Source: a virus (taxonomy: Duplodnaviria > Heunggongvirae > Uroviricota > Caudoviricetes). Taken from it: a DNA stretch of 64,000 nt. Within the stretch, counting starts at the first letter, position 1. Each line of letters opens with the position of its first letter. This document shows, one piece after another, positions 31,619-40,898 of the stretch. The stretch is from IMG/VR virus record IMGVR_UViG_3300042563_002362; one strand, written 5' to 3'. A model generated the notes under the pieces. The model had not been told where the DNA came from, searched no databases, and was given only the letters and a program-made list of their open reading frames with translations. A program made the translations under genes and the position numbers.

Positions 31619-32077
31619 ATGGTAACATCCAATAAAAACCTATTATCGCTTACTGGATTTAAGTTGCAAATTTCCGGAAATGATTATAGAAATACCGAAT
31701 ACTTTGCGGTATCAGCAACACTACCAAGTATTAACCTTCCAGAAATTGAATTACACTATCGTAACCAACATGGATTCCTACCTGGTGAAAAGATTCAATA
31801 TGATCCAATAAGCATTCGTATTGCAGTTGACGAAGAACTTAAAGTATATGATGAGCTTTATCAATGGATATTAACTAATGCAAAATCTAAAACTTTAGAC
31901 GTTCGTGAAATGTCTTTAGTCTTTTTGACTAGCCATAACAATGTGTCGCGAGTAATGCGATTCACAAATGCATTTCCAACTAGCGTAGGTTCCGTTGAGT
32001 TTAATACCCAGATGTCCGACGTCGAATATGCATACGTTGATGTTTCTTTTCGTTATGATCGTTTTGAGTTTGTATAA
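31619..32077 (+). CDS. gp3: Tail completion / sheath stabiliser gp3-like
   Basis: NLLSLTGFKL, LPSINLP, VDEELKVY, DVSFRYDRF. Start reassigned to the ATG after the late promoter. Confidence 0.85.
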   Translation: MVTSNKNLLSLTGFKLQISGNDYRNTEYFAVSATLPSINLPEIELHYRNQHGFLPGEKIQYDPISIRIAVDEELKVYDELYQWILTNAKSKTLDVREMSLVFLTSHNNVSRVMRFTNAFPTSVGSVEFNTQMSDVEYAYVDVSFRYDRFEFV

Positions 32078-32084
32078 TTAAATT

Positions 32085-32531
32085 ATGACATTAGATGATA
32101 TCTTAGTGATGTGGGGTGCTGACTCCAAAATTGATGAAGTGAATCTTGATGAGACAAGTATTAAGAGCGCGAGTTTACATGCTAAATACCTTGAACTCTA
32201 CAGCCACGCTAAGCTTCGCCTAAAGAAGCGCGATCATGAACTTGCAGTCTTAAAGAAGGACAAGTGGCTGTATTACAACGGCAAAATGAGTAAAGAAGAA
32301 ATGGACGCGAAAGGTTGGCCATATGATCCATTCAACGGCCTGACAAAACCGCTCAAAAGCGACATGGATATATACTACGACACTGACTCCGACGTAGTAA
32401 AATTGAAAATGGTTGTTGAGTATCAGCAAAACATAGTTGAAACACTAAAAGAAATTCTTGACACTTTACGTTGGAGACACACTGTAATTAAAAACATTTT
32501 AGACTTTAAACGATTCACTGCTGGAGTATGA
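32085..32531 (+). CDS. uvsY: Recombination mediator UvsY
   Basis: LHAKYLELY, KWLYYNGK, IKNILDFKRF; precedes uvsW. Confidence 0.9.
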   Translation: MTLDDILVMWGADSKIDEVNLDETSIKSASLHAKYLELYSHAKLRLKKRDHELAVLKKDKWLYYNGKMSKEEMDAKGWPYDPFNGLTKPLKSDMDIYYDTDSDVVKLKMVVEYQQNIVETLKEILDTLRWRHTVIKNILDFKRFTAGV

Positions 32532-34027
32532 GCAACGTAACCTTCTACAAAGTGGACGAAACGAAAGTCCACGTGAAGTCAACTGATAGTGGTGCACTGA
32601 TGGAACTTAGTGAACACTTCAGCTTTTTCGTTGATGGTTATAAGTTCATGCCAGCATATCGTAATAAGCTTTGGAATGGAAAAATATATCTGTACGATTC
32701 CCGCACCCACACGTTACCGTATGGATTAGTACCTGATGCAATGGGATTCTTACAAAAGCGCGGATATAAGGTTGCGGCCGACAACTCAATGCGCGATACT
32801 TTTCCGGTTGATAAGAAAGAATTGGTCACATGTGCAACCGAACGCGATATTCGTTTCCGCGGTCAACGCATCACTCCTTATGATTATCAGCTCGATGCAT
32901 ACAGTCATGCATTATCCGAAAAACGTAGTTTAGTTATTAGCCCAACGGGTTCAGGTAAGTCGTTGATCATTTATTTGATGATGCGTTGGTATCTTGAAGA
33001 ACATGAAGATAAGGTGTTAATCGTTGTTCCAACAACTTCTTTGGTCGAACAGATGACTAAAGATTTTGCTGAATATAGTTCACACGACTCTACTTTTAAT
33101 GTTTCAGAAGAAGTTCATGGAATCTATAGTGGCAAAGAAAAGATTGGATTAGAGCAACGTGTAATTATTACTACGTGGCAGAGCGCTATTAAATTACCTA
33201 AGAATTGGTTTAATGTCTATGGGATGACTATCGGGGACGAAAGCCATTTATTCAAAGCAAAATCGCTAAACACGATTATGAATAATCTGACCCGCTCAGG
33301 CTATCGTATTGGAACAACTGGAACACTTGACGGAAGTCTCACCAATGAAAAAGTTTTAGTTGGTAATTTTGGACCAGTTCATAAAGTCATTACAACTAAA
33401 GAACTTATTGATAACGAAACATTAGCTGACCTTAAGATTAAGTGTCTTGTATTGAAATATCCAGACGAGTTACGTAAGATTGTTTCGAAGCTTGAATATC
33501 AAGCAGAGATTGATGCTATTGTTTCGCATGAAGGTCGTAACCGTTTTATCGTGAACCTTGCAAAAAGCTTAAGCGGAAATACACTGGTACTGTTTAACCT
33601 TGTTCAAAAGCATGGTAAGCCGCTATACGAAAAAATTAAAGCAGCCGTTGGTGATGAGCGAAAAACCTTTTATGTCAGTGGCGAAGTTGATGCAACCGAT
33701 CGTGAATCTATCCGTGAGATTGTTGAAAAAGAAAAGGACTCAATCATTGTTGCAAGTAGTGGGACGTTCTCAACAGGTATTAACATTAAAAATCTACATT
33801 CAATCATATTCGCGGCGCCAAATAAAAGCCAAATTCGAGTACTACAGAGTATTGGTCGGGGCCTTCGTAAATCAGATGACGGTCGTGCAACAACCGTTTA
33901 TGACATATCCGACAATTTCGGATGGAAAAGCAAAAAGAATTACACGATGAAACATGCGATTGAACGAATCAAAATTTATTCCCGTGAAGAATTTGATCAT
34001 AAAGTATATGAAATTGAATTACCATGA
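32528..34027 (+). CDS. uvsW: SF2 DNA helicase UvsW
   Basis: SPTGSGKS, GDESH, GTTGT, QSIGRGLR. Confidence 0.95.
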   Translation: MSNVTFYKVDETKVHVKSTDSGALMELSEHFSFFVDGYKFMPAYRNKLWNGKIYLYDSRTHTLPYGLVPDAMGFLQKRGYKVAADNSMRDTFPVDKKELVTCATERDIRFRGQRITPYDYQLDAYSHALSEKRSLVISPTGSGKSLIIYLMMRWYLEEHEDKVLIVVPTTSLVEQMTKDFAEYSSHDSTFNVSEEVHGIYSGKEKIGLEQRVIITTWQSAIKLPKNWFNVYGMTIGDESHLFKAKSLNTIMNNLTRSGYRIGTTGTLDGSLTNEKVLVGNFGPVHKVITTKELIDNETLADLKIKCLVLKYPDELRKIVSKLEYQAEIDAIVSHEGRNRFIVNLAKSLSGNTLVLFNLVQKHGKPLYEKIKAAVGDERKTFYVSGEVDATDRESIREIVEKEKDSIIVASSGTFSTGINIKNLHSIIFAAPNKSQIRVLQSIGRGLRKSDDGRATTVYDISDNFGWKSKKNYTMKHAIERIKIYSREEFDHKVYEIELP

Positions 34028-34437
34028 AGACTCTATCTGCTGAACTGATATCTAAGATTAATGATCTAAACATTCGAGTCTATGGACTATCCAGCGGAAA
34101 GGTGATCATCGGCGAAGTACTTGACATCTACGAAAATGGTGTAGAACTTAACTATGCTTCAATCATATCTGAATCGGGCGATGACATATTGTTCGCGCCT
34201 GCGGCGCTTGGGGAAACTGTGGCAACTCCGGCTATCATATATTCCAATCATGTAGAGTTTGAATCAATCGCTACAATCCGCCTTAAAAAGTACTATTGTG
34301 ATTACCTCACTGCCTCAAAGGTTTCGGCATATACTGATGAGGATATCGGAGAACCTATGAATATACATCAGCCACTTGATCCTAAAGGTTATACGGAAGA
34401 TTATTGGAAGAAAATAGCAGAACTGTTAGTACAGTAG
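34024..34437 (+). CDS. Hypothetical protein between uvsW and gp55
   Basis: 137 aa, ATGA overlap with uvsW. Confidence 0.7.
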   Translation: MKTLSAELISKINDLNIRVYGLSSGKVIIGEVLDIYENGVELNYASIISESGDDILFAPAALGETVATPAIIYSNHVEFESIATIRLKKYYCDYLTASKVSAYTDEDIGEPMNIHQPLDPKGYTEDYWKKIAELLVQ

Positions 34438-34450
34438 CGAACTTGATATT

Positions 34451-34479
34451 ATTATAACGGTAGTCCTTTAGGATGTAAA
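34451..34479 (-). promoter_or_regulatory. Antisense sigma70-type promoter TTTACA-N17-TATAAT
   Basis: TGTAAA at 34474-34479 and ATTATA at 34451-34456 on +, 17-bp spacer; divergent from the gp55 promoter. Confidence 0.7.
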
Positions 34480-34509
34480 TAATAAAATTCATCAAAGAGA
34501 AAAAAGTTA

Positions 34510-34538
34510 TTTACATGCGCGTGATATTATAATAATAT
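34510..34538 (+). promoter_or_regulatory. Early promoter TTTACA-N17-TAATAT, leaderless gp55 mRNA
   Basis: 6 nt between the -10 box and ATG 34545. Confidence 0.65.
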
Positions 34539-34544
34539 ACTAAT

Positions 34545-35177
34545 ATGAACGAAGATACGAGCGTACTCGCTAAACCAACAAAAACTGCTACGAAGAGACG
34601 ATCGCGTGGCGATGACTATGTCAACAATAAAGATTTGAGCGCTGCAGTTATTGAGCATGCAATAAAAGTTTCTGAAGCAAAGAAAGCCGAATGTGATCCG
34701 CCTCAGCCAAACGATTACATTGCTACTTCAATTATGAAAATTTCAAATGGGCTATCACGTAGCCCGAGTTACGTAAGCTATCCATACCGCGAAGACATGG
34801 TCATGGACGGCGTAATTGACTGTATTAAAGCTCTTAAGAATTTTGACGCAAATGCGGAAACACGCGGCGGCTCTCCAAATGCTTTTGGCTACTTTACTCA
34901 AATTTGCTACTTTGCTTTCCTCCGCCGAATTGCAAAAGAAAAGCGACAGTTGGATATCAAAATGAAAATGATTGACAACGGATCAATTGGCGCTTTCATT
35001 GATATGGATGACGATGAAGCACATATCGGCGAAAATCTTGTTGAAAAGGTTCGCAGACGAAACGCTGCATTTTATGACATTCGAAAAGAAACAGCCAGCG
35101 AACCTGCACCTAAGAAACAAGCGAAGCGAGCTGTAAAGTCTGCACGTGTTGGTCCACTTTCAGATTTTATTCAATAA
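34545..35177 (+). CDS. gp55: Late transcription sigma factor gp55
   Basis: YVNNKDL, YPYREDMVMDG, PNAFGYFTQICYFAFLRRIAKEK; clamp-binding tail LSDFI. Confidence 0.95.
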   Translation: MNEDTSVLAKPTKTATKRRSRGDDYVNNKDLSAAVIEHAIKVSEAKKAECDPPQPNDYIATSIMKISNGLSRSPSYVSYPYREDMVMDGVIDCIKALKNFDANAETRGGSPNAFGYFTQICYFAFLRRIAKEKRQLDIKMKMIDNGSIGAFIDMDDDEAHIGENLVEKVRRRNAAFYDIRKETASEPAPKKQAKRAVKSARVGPLSDFIQ

Positions 35178-35178
35178 G

Positions 35179-36258
35179 ATGCAAATTGCAATCATTACTG
35201 ACACTCACGCTGGAGTCAAAAACGGCAGCGACATCTTTCTTGATTATGCAGAACGATTTTACGAGGAAGTATTTTTCCCATACATTCGTGATCGAGGAAT
35301 AACCAAGATCATCCACCTTGGAGATTACTATGATAATCGTAGAGTAATCAATTACAAAGTACTGCGACGTAATCGCGAAATGTTCCTTGAAAAATTGAGG
35401 CAGTACGAATTGACGATGGATATTATTTGTGGAAATCATGATGTCGCATACAAAAACACAAATGATCTTTGCAGCTTGGTTGAAATCCTAACGCATTATT
35501 CTGATGTTGTTAATCTATACATGCAGCCAACTGTTAATGAATATGACGGCTTGCGGATTGCCTTGTTACCTTGGATCAATGCTGAAAATTATGCAGAGAG
35601 CGTAAAGTTTATTGAGACTGCTGATGCTCCAATTCTTGGCGGCCACCTTGAGCTCTGTGGATTTGAGATGATGAAAGGCGCGCCAGCGATTAGCCACGGC
35701 ATGGATTCTGATCTTTTCAAGCGTTATGAAATGGTCTTGTCAGGACACTATCATACAAAGAGCGCGCGTGGAAACATTACATATCTTGGAGTTCCATTTG
35801 AGCAAACGTGGGCTGACTGCAATGATCCAAAGTATTTCCATATTCTTGACACTAGCACTCGAGAGCTGCTTCCGGTTCGCAATGACATGACAATCTTTAA
35901 GCGATTAGTTTATGATGATTCATTGTTTATTAATCCAGTCTCCGATGTTGCAGAGATGGACCTATCACATGTCCGCGGATCTTTTGTTAAGATCATCGTG
36001 GCAAGTAAGAAAGATCCTTATGCTTTCGACAAGTACCTTGACAAGATTGTAGCAAATGAACCGTTTGAGTACAAGATTGTTGAAAACCTAAATGAGTACA
36101 ATGCTGATAATGTTGCGGACGATGATGTCAATATCAGCGATACCGTTACTCTTCTTAATACATACGTCGATGCGGTAGACACAACTCTTGATAAAGAACG
36201 AATTAAACGTCGTCTTCAGGAGCTATACGTTGAAGCACAAACCCTTGATTCTATTTGA
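35179..36258 (+). CDS. gp47: Recombination endonuclease subunit gp47 (Mre11/SbcD-like)
   Basis: ITDTHAG, HLGDYYD, GNHD, SGHYH. Confidence 0.95.
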   Translation: MQIAIITDTHAGVKNGSDIFLDYAERFYEEVFFPYIRDRGITKIIHLGDYYDNRRVINYKVLRRNREMFLEKLRQYELTMDIICGNHDVAYKNTNDLCSLVEILTHYSDVVNLYMQPTVNEYDGLRIALLPWINAENYAESVKFIETADAPILGGHLELCGFEMMKGAPAISHGMDSDLFKRYEMVLSGHYHTKSARGNITYLGVPFEQTWADCNDPKYFHILDTSTRELLPVRNDMTIFKRLVYDDSLFINPVSDVAEMDLSHVRGSFVKIIVASKKDPYAFDKYLDKIVANEPFEYKIVENLNEYNADNVADDDVNISDTVTLLNTYVDAVDTTLDKERIKRRLQELYVEAQTLDSI

Positions 36259-36259
36259 T

Positions 36260-37981
36260 ATGCTAGTCTTTAAGAAACTAAGATACAAGAACTTCCTAAG
36301 CGTTGGTGACAACGAAATTGAAATTGACCTTGACAATGTCCGCAGTACGTTGATCGTCGGGCACAATGGCAGCGGCAAAAGTCTAATGCTTGATGCATTG
36401 TCCTTTGTGTTGTTTGGTAAACCGCATCGTGCAATTAACAAGCCACAGCTGATTAACAGCATCAATGGCAAAGGTACACGTGTCGAGATTGAATTTCAAA
36501 ATGGACCGTCTGAATACAAAATCATACGAGGGCTTAAACCCAACATCTTTGAGATTTGGGTAAATGGTGTAATGATCAATCAAGAAAGTCATTCACGTGA
36601 CTATCAGAAATTGCTTGAGACAAACATTCTGAAATTAAATCATAAGAGCTTTCACCAGGTGGTGGTACTAGGTAGCAGCAACTTCGTTCCATTTATGCAA
36701 CTTAGTGCCTACCACCGACGTGAAGTTATTGAGGACCTGCTTGACATCATTATCTTCTCAAGAATGAATGGTGTGCTAAAGGAAAGCACCGCAAAGATAA
36801 AGGACTCGATCAAAGACACTGAATATCAGCATAGCCTAATCAATGAGAAGATTGTCATGCAGCGTAAATACATCGATAGCTTAAAGTCTATTGGTGAAAC
36901 AAATGCAGCAAAGTATGATGACGAGATACTCCACCTACGTGAACAGATAGACGAGCTTCTTAAGAAGAATGAAGATATGCTTGTTGAATACAACGGTGCA
37001 TACGAATCGACACGCGCAACATTAAAGTCGACTGAACAGACACGCACAAAGCTAAAAGGATACGAACATCAGATTAAGGACAACATCAAAAAGATTGTTA
37101 CGGAATCTAAGTTCTACGAGCATAACACCGAATGCCCAACTTGTAGTCAAAAGATTGAAGAAAGCGTCCGTGACTCAAAACTTGAAGATTGCCGCTGCCG
37201 CGCAAAAGAATTGGCAGAAGGTCGTGAACAGTTGCTGCGCAGTATAATTGATGCAGATGCAAAGTTTGTTGAATATGAATCTAAGCTATCTGCTCTACTA
37301 AAGCTAAACAACCAAGTAAGCAGTAACAATACCGTTGTTGGCAACTATGAACGTCGTATTCGCGATCTTGAAGGACTGAAGAAAAAGGAATGTAACCATG
37401 ATGATCTACGTAAAGCCGAAAACGAGCTACAAATTATTGACGACGATCGCGACTTGCTAAGCAACCTTAAGAGTTCGCAACTTGAGGAACGTACATATAA
37501 TGAAGTCATTGCAGAACTCCTAAAGGACACTGGCATCAAGACTAAAATCATTCGGCAGTATCTTCCGGTTATGAATAAGATGATTAATCACTATCTTCAA
37601 ATTCTTGACTTCTTTGTTTCATTTGAGCTTGACGAAAACTTCTCGGAAACTATCCGCAGCCGCTATCGTGACGATTTTAGTTATGCAAGTTTTAGCGAAG
37701 GGGAAAAGCAAAGAATAAATTTAAGCATATTGTTTGCATGGCGCCAAATTGCTAAGATGAAGAATAGCGCAAATACAAATCTTCTTATTCTTGATGAAGT
37801 TTTTGACGCAAGCCTTGACACCGACGGTATTGACAACCTGCTAAAAATCATGAACACGCTTGATCCTGAAACTCGAGTATTTGTGATTAGTCATAAGCAG
37901 GATTTGTTGGAAGGTAAGTTTGATCAGAAGATCGAGTTCGAAAGACGTCAAAATTTTACACGCATTAAAAGCATCACGTAA
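36260..37981 (+). CDS. gp46: Recombination ATPase subunit gp46 (Rad50/SbcC-like)
   Basis: GHNGSGKS, zinc hook CPTC, SFSEGEKQRI, LILDEVFD. Confidence 0.96.
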   Translation: MLVFKKLRYKNFLSVGDNEIEIDLDNVRSTLIVGHNGSGKSLMLDALSFVLFGKPHRAINKPQLINSINGKGTRVEIEFQNGPSEYKIIRGLKPNIFEIWVNGVMINQESHSRDYQKLLETNILKLNHKSFHQVVVLGSSNFVPFMQLSAYHRREVIEDLLDIIIFSRMNGVLKESTAKIKDSIKDTEYQHSLINEKIVMQRKYIDSLKSIGETNAAKYDDEILHLREQIDELLKKNEDMLVEYNGAYESTRATLKSTEQTRTKLKGYEHQIKDNIKKIVTESKFYEHNTECPTCSQKIEESVRDSKLEDCRCRAKELAEGREQLLRSIIDADAKFVEYESKLSALLKLNNQVSSNNTVVGNYERRIRDLEGLKKKECNHDDLRKAENELQIIDDDRDLLSNLKSSQLEERTYNEVIAELLKDTGIKTKIIRQYLPVMNKMINHYLQILDFFVSFELDENFSETIRSRYRDDFSYASFSEGEKQRINLSILFAWRQIAKMKNSANTNLLILDEVFDASLDTDGIDNLLKIMNTLDPETRVFVISHKQDLLEGKFDQKIEFERRQNFTRIKSIT

Positions 37982-37990
37982 CTTATTCAA

Positions 37991-38311
37991 ATCCAATAGG
38001 TTAGTAAGCCCATTTCTGTGATTTTATGCGGAAATGGGCTTTTTTGTGCTTTTCTACATTTGACGGTAGTTTACCCATTCGGGATCATTAAAATGCCCAA
38101 ATTTCACGCTTTTCATAAAATGTTCATTTCCAACAGGTTACGATGGTTTTTAGCAGAAATACTGTCGGATTCCCGTTTAGTCGAATGAGCGGATAAATTT
38201 CACAAGACGTTCATTTCCAACAAGTTACGGCTTTCTATGAAAAGCTCTGCCCGAATGTGAATTTTCCGTCAGCCGCCCAATTTTAAGAAACCGTTAATTT
38301 TCAATAAGTTG
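37991..38311 (+). repeat. Four IHF-like motifs, including a 21-bp direct repeat gttcatttccaaca(g/a)gttacg
   Basis: Copies at 37991, 38128, 38215 and 38299; related inverted copies at 51748 and 62954. Confidence 0.7.
38006..38045 (+). terminator. Terminator after gp46
   Basis: aagcccatttc / gaaatgggctt stem followed by a T-tract. Confidence 0.85.
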
Positions 38312-38354
38312 CGGGTTTTTACGAAAATACTATGAAAATTTGTGAAAAAATATA

Positions 38355-38383
38355 TTTACATCGGTCCGGTTTCCGTTTATAAT
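38355..38383 (+). promoter_or_regulatory. Early promoter TTTACA-N17-TATAAT with A-rich UP element; leaderless
   Basis: ATG 38390 lies 6 nt after the -10 box. Confidence 0.85.
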
Positions 38384-38389
38384 TCTGTC

Positions 38390-40804
38390 ATGCCGATTGG
38401 AACTACTGTTCAGAAACCACGCGAAGCGCACCAAAGCATGCTCGCGAAACTCCTTGCTAGGGAGAACATTACCGTCCGTTTCGGTAATTATCAAACCGCG
38501 TTCTTTGAGCCAAAAACTCGCGTGTTGGGCATGCCGATGTGGAACGCTGAAAGCAAGCAAGTTTCGGACCTGCTTGTTGGCCACGAAGTTGGCCATGCGC
38601 TTTACACGCCGCAAGACGGAATCGAAAAGTTTCAGAAGCGCTTTCCTGACATTCCGTTTGATATTTGCAATGTGATCGAAGACGTCCGCATTGAGCGAAT
38701 GATTCAGAGTACTTACCCTGGGCTTATCCATTCCTTCCGTGAAGGATACCGCTCCTTCGTTGCAAAGGACCTTTTCAAAATCAACGGTGTCGATCTCGCC
38801 AAGCTGTCGGTCGCGGACCGCATTAACCTGCATGCTAAGGTTGGTCACCTTGTGGATGTTCCGCTTTCTGCTGAGGAACGCGTGATTTACGAATCTGCTT
38901 ATGCAGCCGAAAGCTTCGATGATGTTTTGGAAATTTGTCAGCGGCTTTACAATCTTGTCGAAAAATCTCAGCAGTCTCAAAGCGAGGATGATTCCCCGCA
39001 GCCCAACAAGAGTGGAGACAAGCAAGAACAGATCGGTCAATCCGGTGCATCTAGGCAGAAGCAACCTAGTGAACGTGCCGAAAAAACTGAATCGGAAAAA
39101 TCTGGCGCTGATTCTAAATCTGATGCCGCCGACTCTGACTCTTCGGAATCCGATTCCAATAAGTCCGCCCTAAAGTCAAATACTAAAGGTGATAAGTCGG
39201 AATCCAAGTCGGGCCAAGCCGAAGAATCTAAGTCGGGCCAAGCCGAAGACACTGATGATTCTGGCGATGGTGAAGATGGCGATGATAATCATGTACCAAG
39301 CCCCGATGACAAGAATTCATCGGACGATCAATCCTCTAATGCAGAGAGTCAATATTCTCCGAAAATGTCTGACAACTTTTCGGCTACTCATCAGCGCGAA
39401 TTTGACAAAGGTACTGCACAAATGCAAGAGCGCATTAATACTAATCAGGTTAATGTTCCAACGAGCGCACAAATGCTCCGTGCTGTTGCGCCTCTTAAGA
39501 AGGTGTTGGATTCTCGTCGTGCAGACTCAAAGTACGACGAAATTATGTCCAATCCTCAACTCACCGAGGCATATGGAAAGTTCAAAGATTCAACCAAAAA
39601 GCATGTGCAGGTCCTCATCAAGGAATTTGAACGTCGCAAGGCTGCATATCAATACAGTCGCGCGCGGCGCTCAACAAACGGCACGCTTGACGTAAACCGC
39701 TTGCATTCATACAAGTACGAAGATCAAATTTTCCGTAGCGTGACTACTTTAGCCGAAGCTAAAAATCATGGCATGGCATTTTTCATCGACTATAGCGGGT
39801 CTATGGTTCGCACTCTCGGATCGGTCATTGAGCAGACTATTCAGCTTGTGACCTTCTGTAAGGCAGTGAACATCCCGTTCGTTGTGTATGGCTTCACTAG
39901 CCGCTGTGAAGATACCGGTTCTTGTGAGCCGGTATCGTATGCTCCGGGTATGACGATGGACTTTGACAACGTGAACATCTTTGAGATTCTCAATTCTTCA
40001 CTGAAGAAGATTGAATTTGACAAGTGCATCAAGGAAATGTACGCAATGTCCTGGTATCGCCGCTCGCATGGTACTTACTCATACCACCGCAGCACAACGT
40101 ATGTTCTCTTTGCGTCAAACTACGAAGTCTTCGGTGGAACTCCTCTTGTCGAGACGGTTGTTATTGCAAGCGAATTGGTTAAGCGATTCCGCTCGGCGCA
40201 CAACATCCAGAAGATGAGCACGACGTTCCTTACTGACGGTGACCCTTGCTTTATCCGCATGCATGATAATAATATCGACAGGCTTTTTCGTAAGAATACT
40301 GAGGGTTGGGGTAACGGTTATGAAATGCGGTTCGGTAACGAAATCATTAATTGGACTCATCAATATCCTAAGAACGCGATGGCGGCGGCCATCCGCGCCT
40401 TCCGCACGATTACTCAGAGCACTGTGATTGGCTACTTCATTGCTGACAATCAGAAATCGTTTAAGTCTCACTGTATTGATTCTATCCGCAATGTTGATCG
40501 TAAGATGATCAGCTGGACTGATGGTGCCGAAAAGTTCAAGGGTTGCTTTCGTGAAATTCGTGCAAACGACGGTGTTCTTACCGTTAAGAACGGCGGAGGA
40601 TATGATATGTTCTTTGCATTTGATGGCCGCGACGGTCTTACAATTAAGGACGACGAAGACTCTGACTTTACAACCAAGATGGACATGGACAACCTTGACA
40701 CTGTAGCTGCTCATAATAAGCTTGCTAAGGAATTTACGAAATTCTCCTCTTCTAAGAAGTCCTCGCGGGTATTCGTTCACAAATTTGCCGAAATGATCAG
40801 CTAA
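38390..40804 (+). CDS. HExxH-domain plus VWA protein (CobT-like partner of the MoxR ATPase)
   Basis: HEVGH motif, acidic Ser/Asp linker, MIDAS FFIDYSGSM, GGTPL, FLTDGD. Confidence 0.85.
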   Translation: MPIGTTVQKPREAHQSMLAKLLARENITVRFGNYQTAFFEPKTRVLGMPMWNAESKQVSDLLVGHEVGHALYTPQDGIEKFQKRFPDIPFDICNVIEDVRIERMIQSTYPGLIHSFREGYRSFVAKDLFKINGVDLAKLSVADRINLHAKVGHLVDVPLSAEERVIYESAYAAESFDDVLEICQRLYNLVEKSQQSQSEDDSPQPNKSGDKQEQIGQSGASRQKQPSERAEKTESEKSGADSKSDAADSDSSESDSNKSALKSNTKGDKSESKSGQAEESKSGQAEDTDDSGDGEDGDDNHVPSPDDKNSSDDQSSNAESQYSPKMSDNFSATHQREFDKGTAQMQERINTNQVNVPTSAQMLRAVAPLKKVLDSRRADSKYDEIMSNPQLTEAYGKFKDSTKKHVQVLIKEFERRKAAYQYSRARRSTNGTLDVNRLHSYKYEDQIFRSVTTLAEAKNHGMAFFIDYSGSMVRTLGSVIEQTIQLVTFCKAVNIPFVVYGFTSRCEDTGSCEPVSYAPGMTMDFDNVNIFEILNSSLKKIEFDKCIKEMYAMSWYRRSHGTYSYHRSTTYVLFASNYEVFGGTPLVETVVIASELVKRFRSAHNIQKMSTTFLTDGDPCFIRMHDNNIDRLFRKNTEGWGNGYEMRFGNEIINWTHQYPKNAMAAAIRAFRTITQSTVIGYFIADNQKSFKSHCIDSIRNVDRKMISWTDGAEKFKGCFREIRANDGVLTVKNGGGYDMFFAFDGRDGLTIKDDEDSDFTTKMDMDNLDTVAAHNKLAKEFTKFSSSKKSSRVFVHKFAEMIS
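39200..39247 (+). repeat. 24-bp in-frame tandem duplication (ESKSGQAE x2)
   Basis: The two copies differ at one synonymous base (tcc/tct). Confidence 0.85.
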
Positions 40805-40840
40805 CCGTGAAAATACTATGAAAATTTATGAAAAAAGTTA

Positions 40841-40869
40841 TTTACATTCCATGAAATTTGGTTTATAAT
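40841..40869 (+). promoter_or_regulatory. Early promoter TTTACA-N17-TATAAT
   Basis: Preceded by gaaaatactatgaaaattt, as at 38323. Confidence 0.85.
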
Positions 40870-40898
40870 AAATCCGTACCAATTGAATAACCCACTAT

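Noticed and set aside
38342-38389. ORF-track N-terminal extension MKKYIYIGPVSVYNSV
   Set aside because: It overlaps the -35/-10 promoter, so the true start is more likely ATG 38390.
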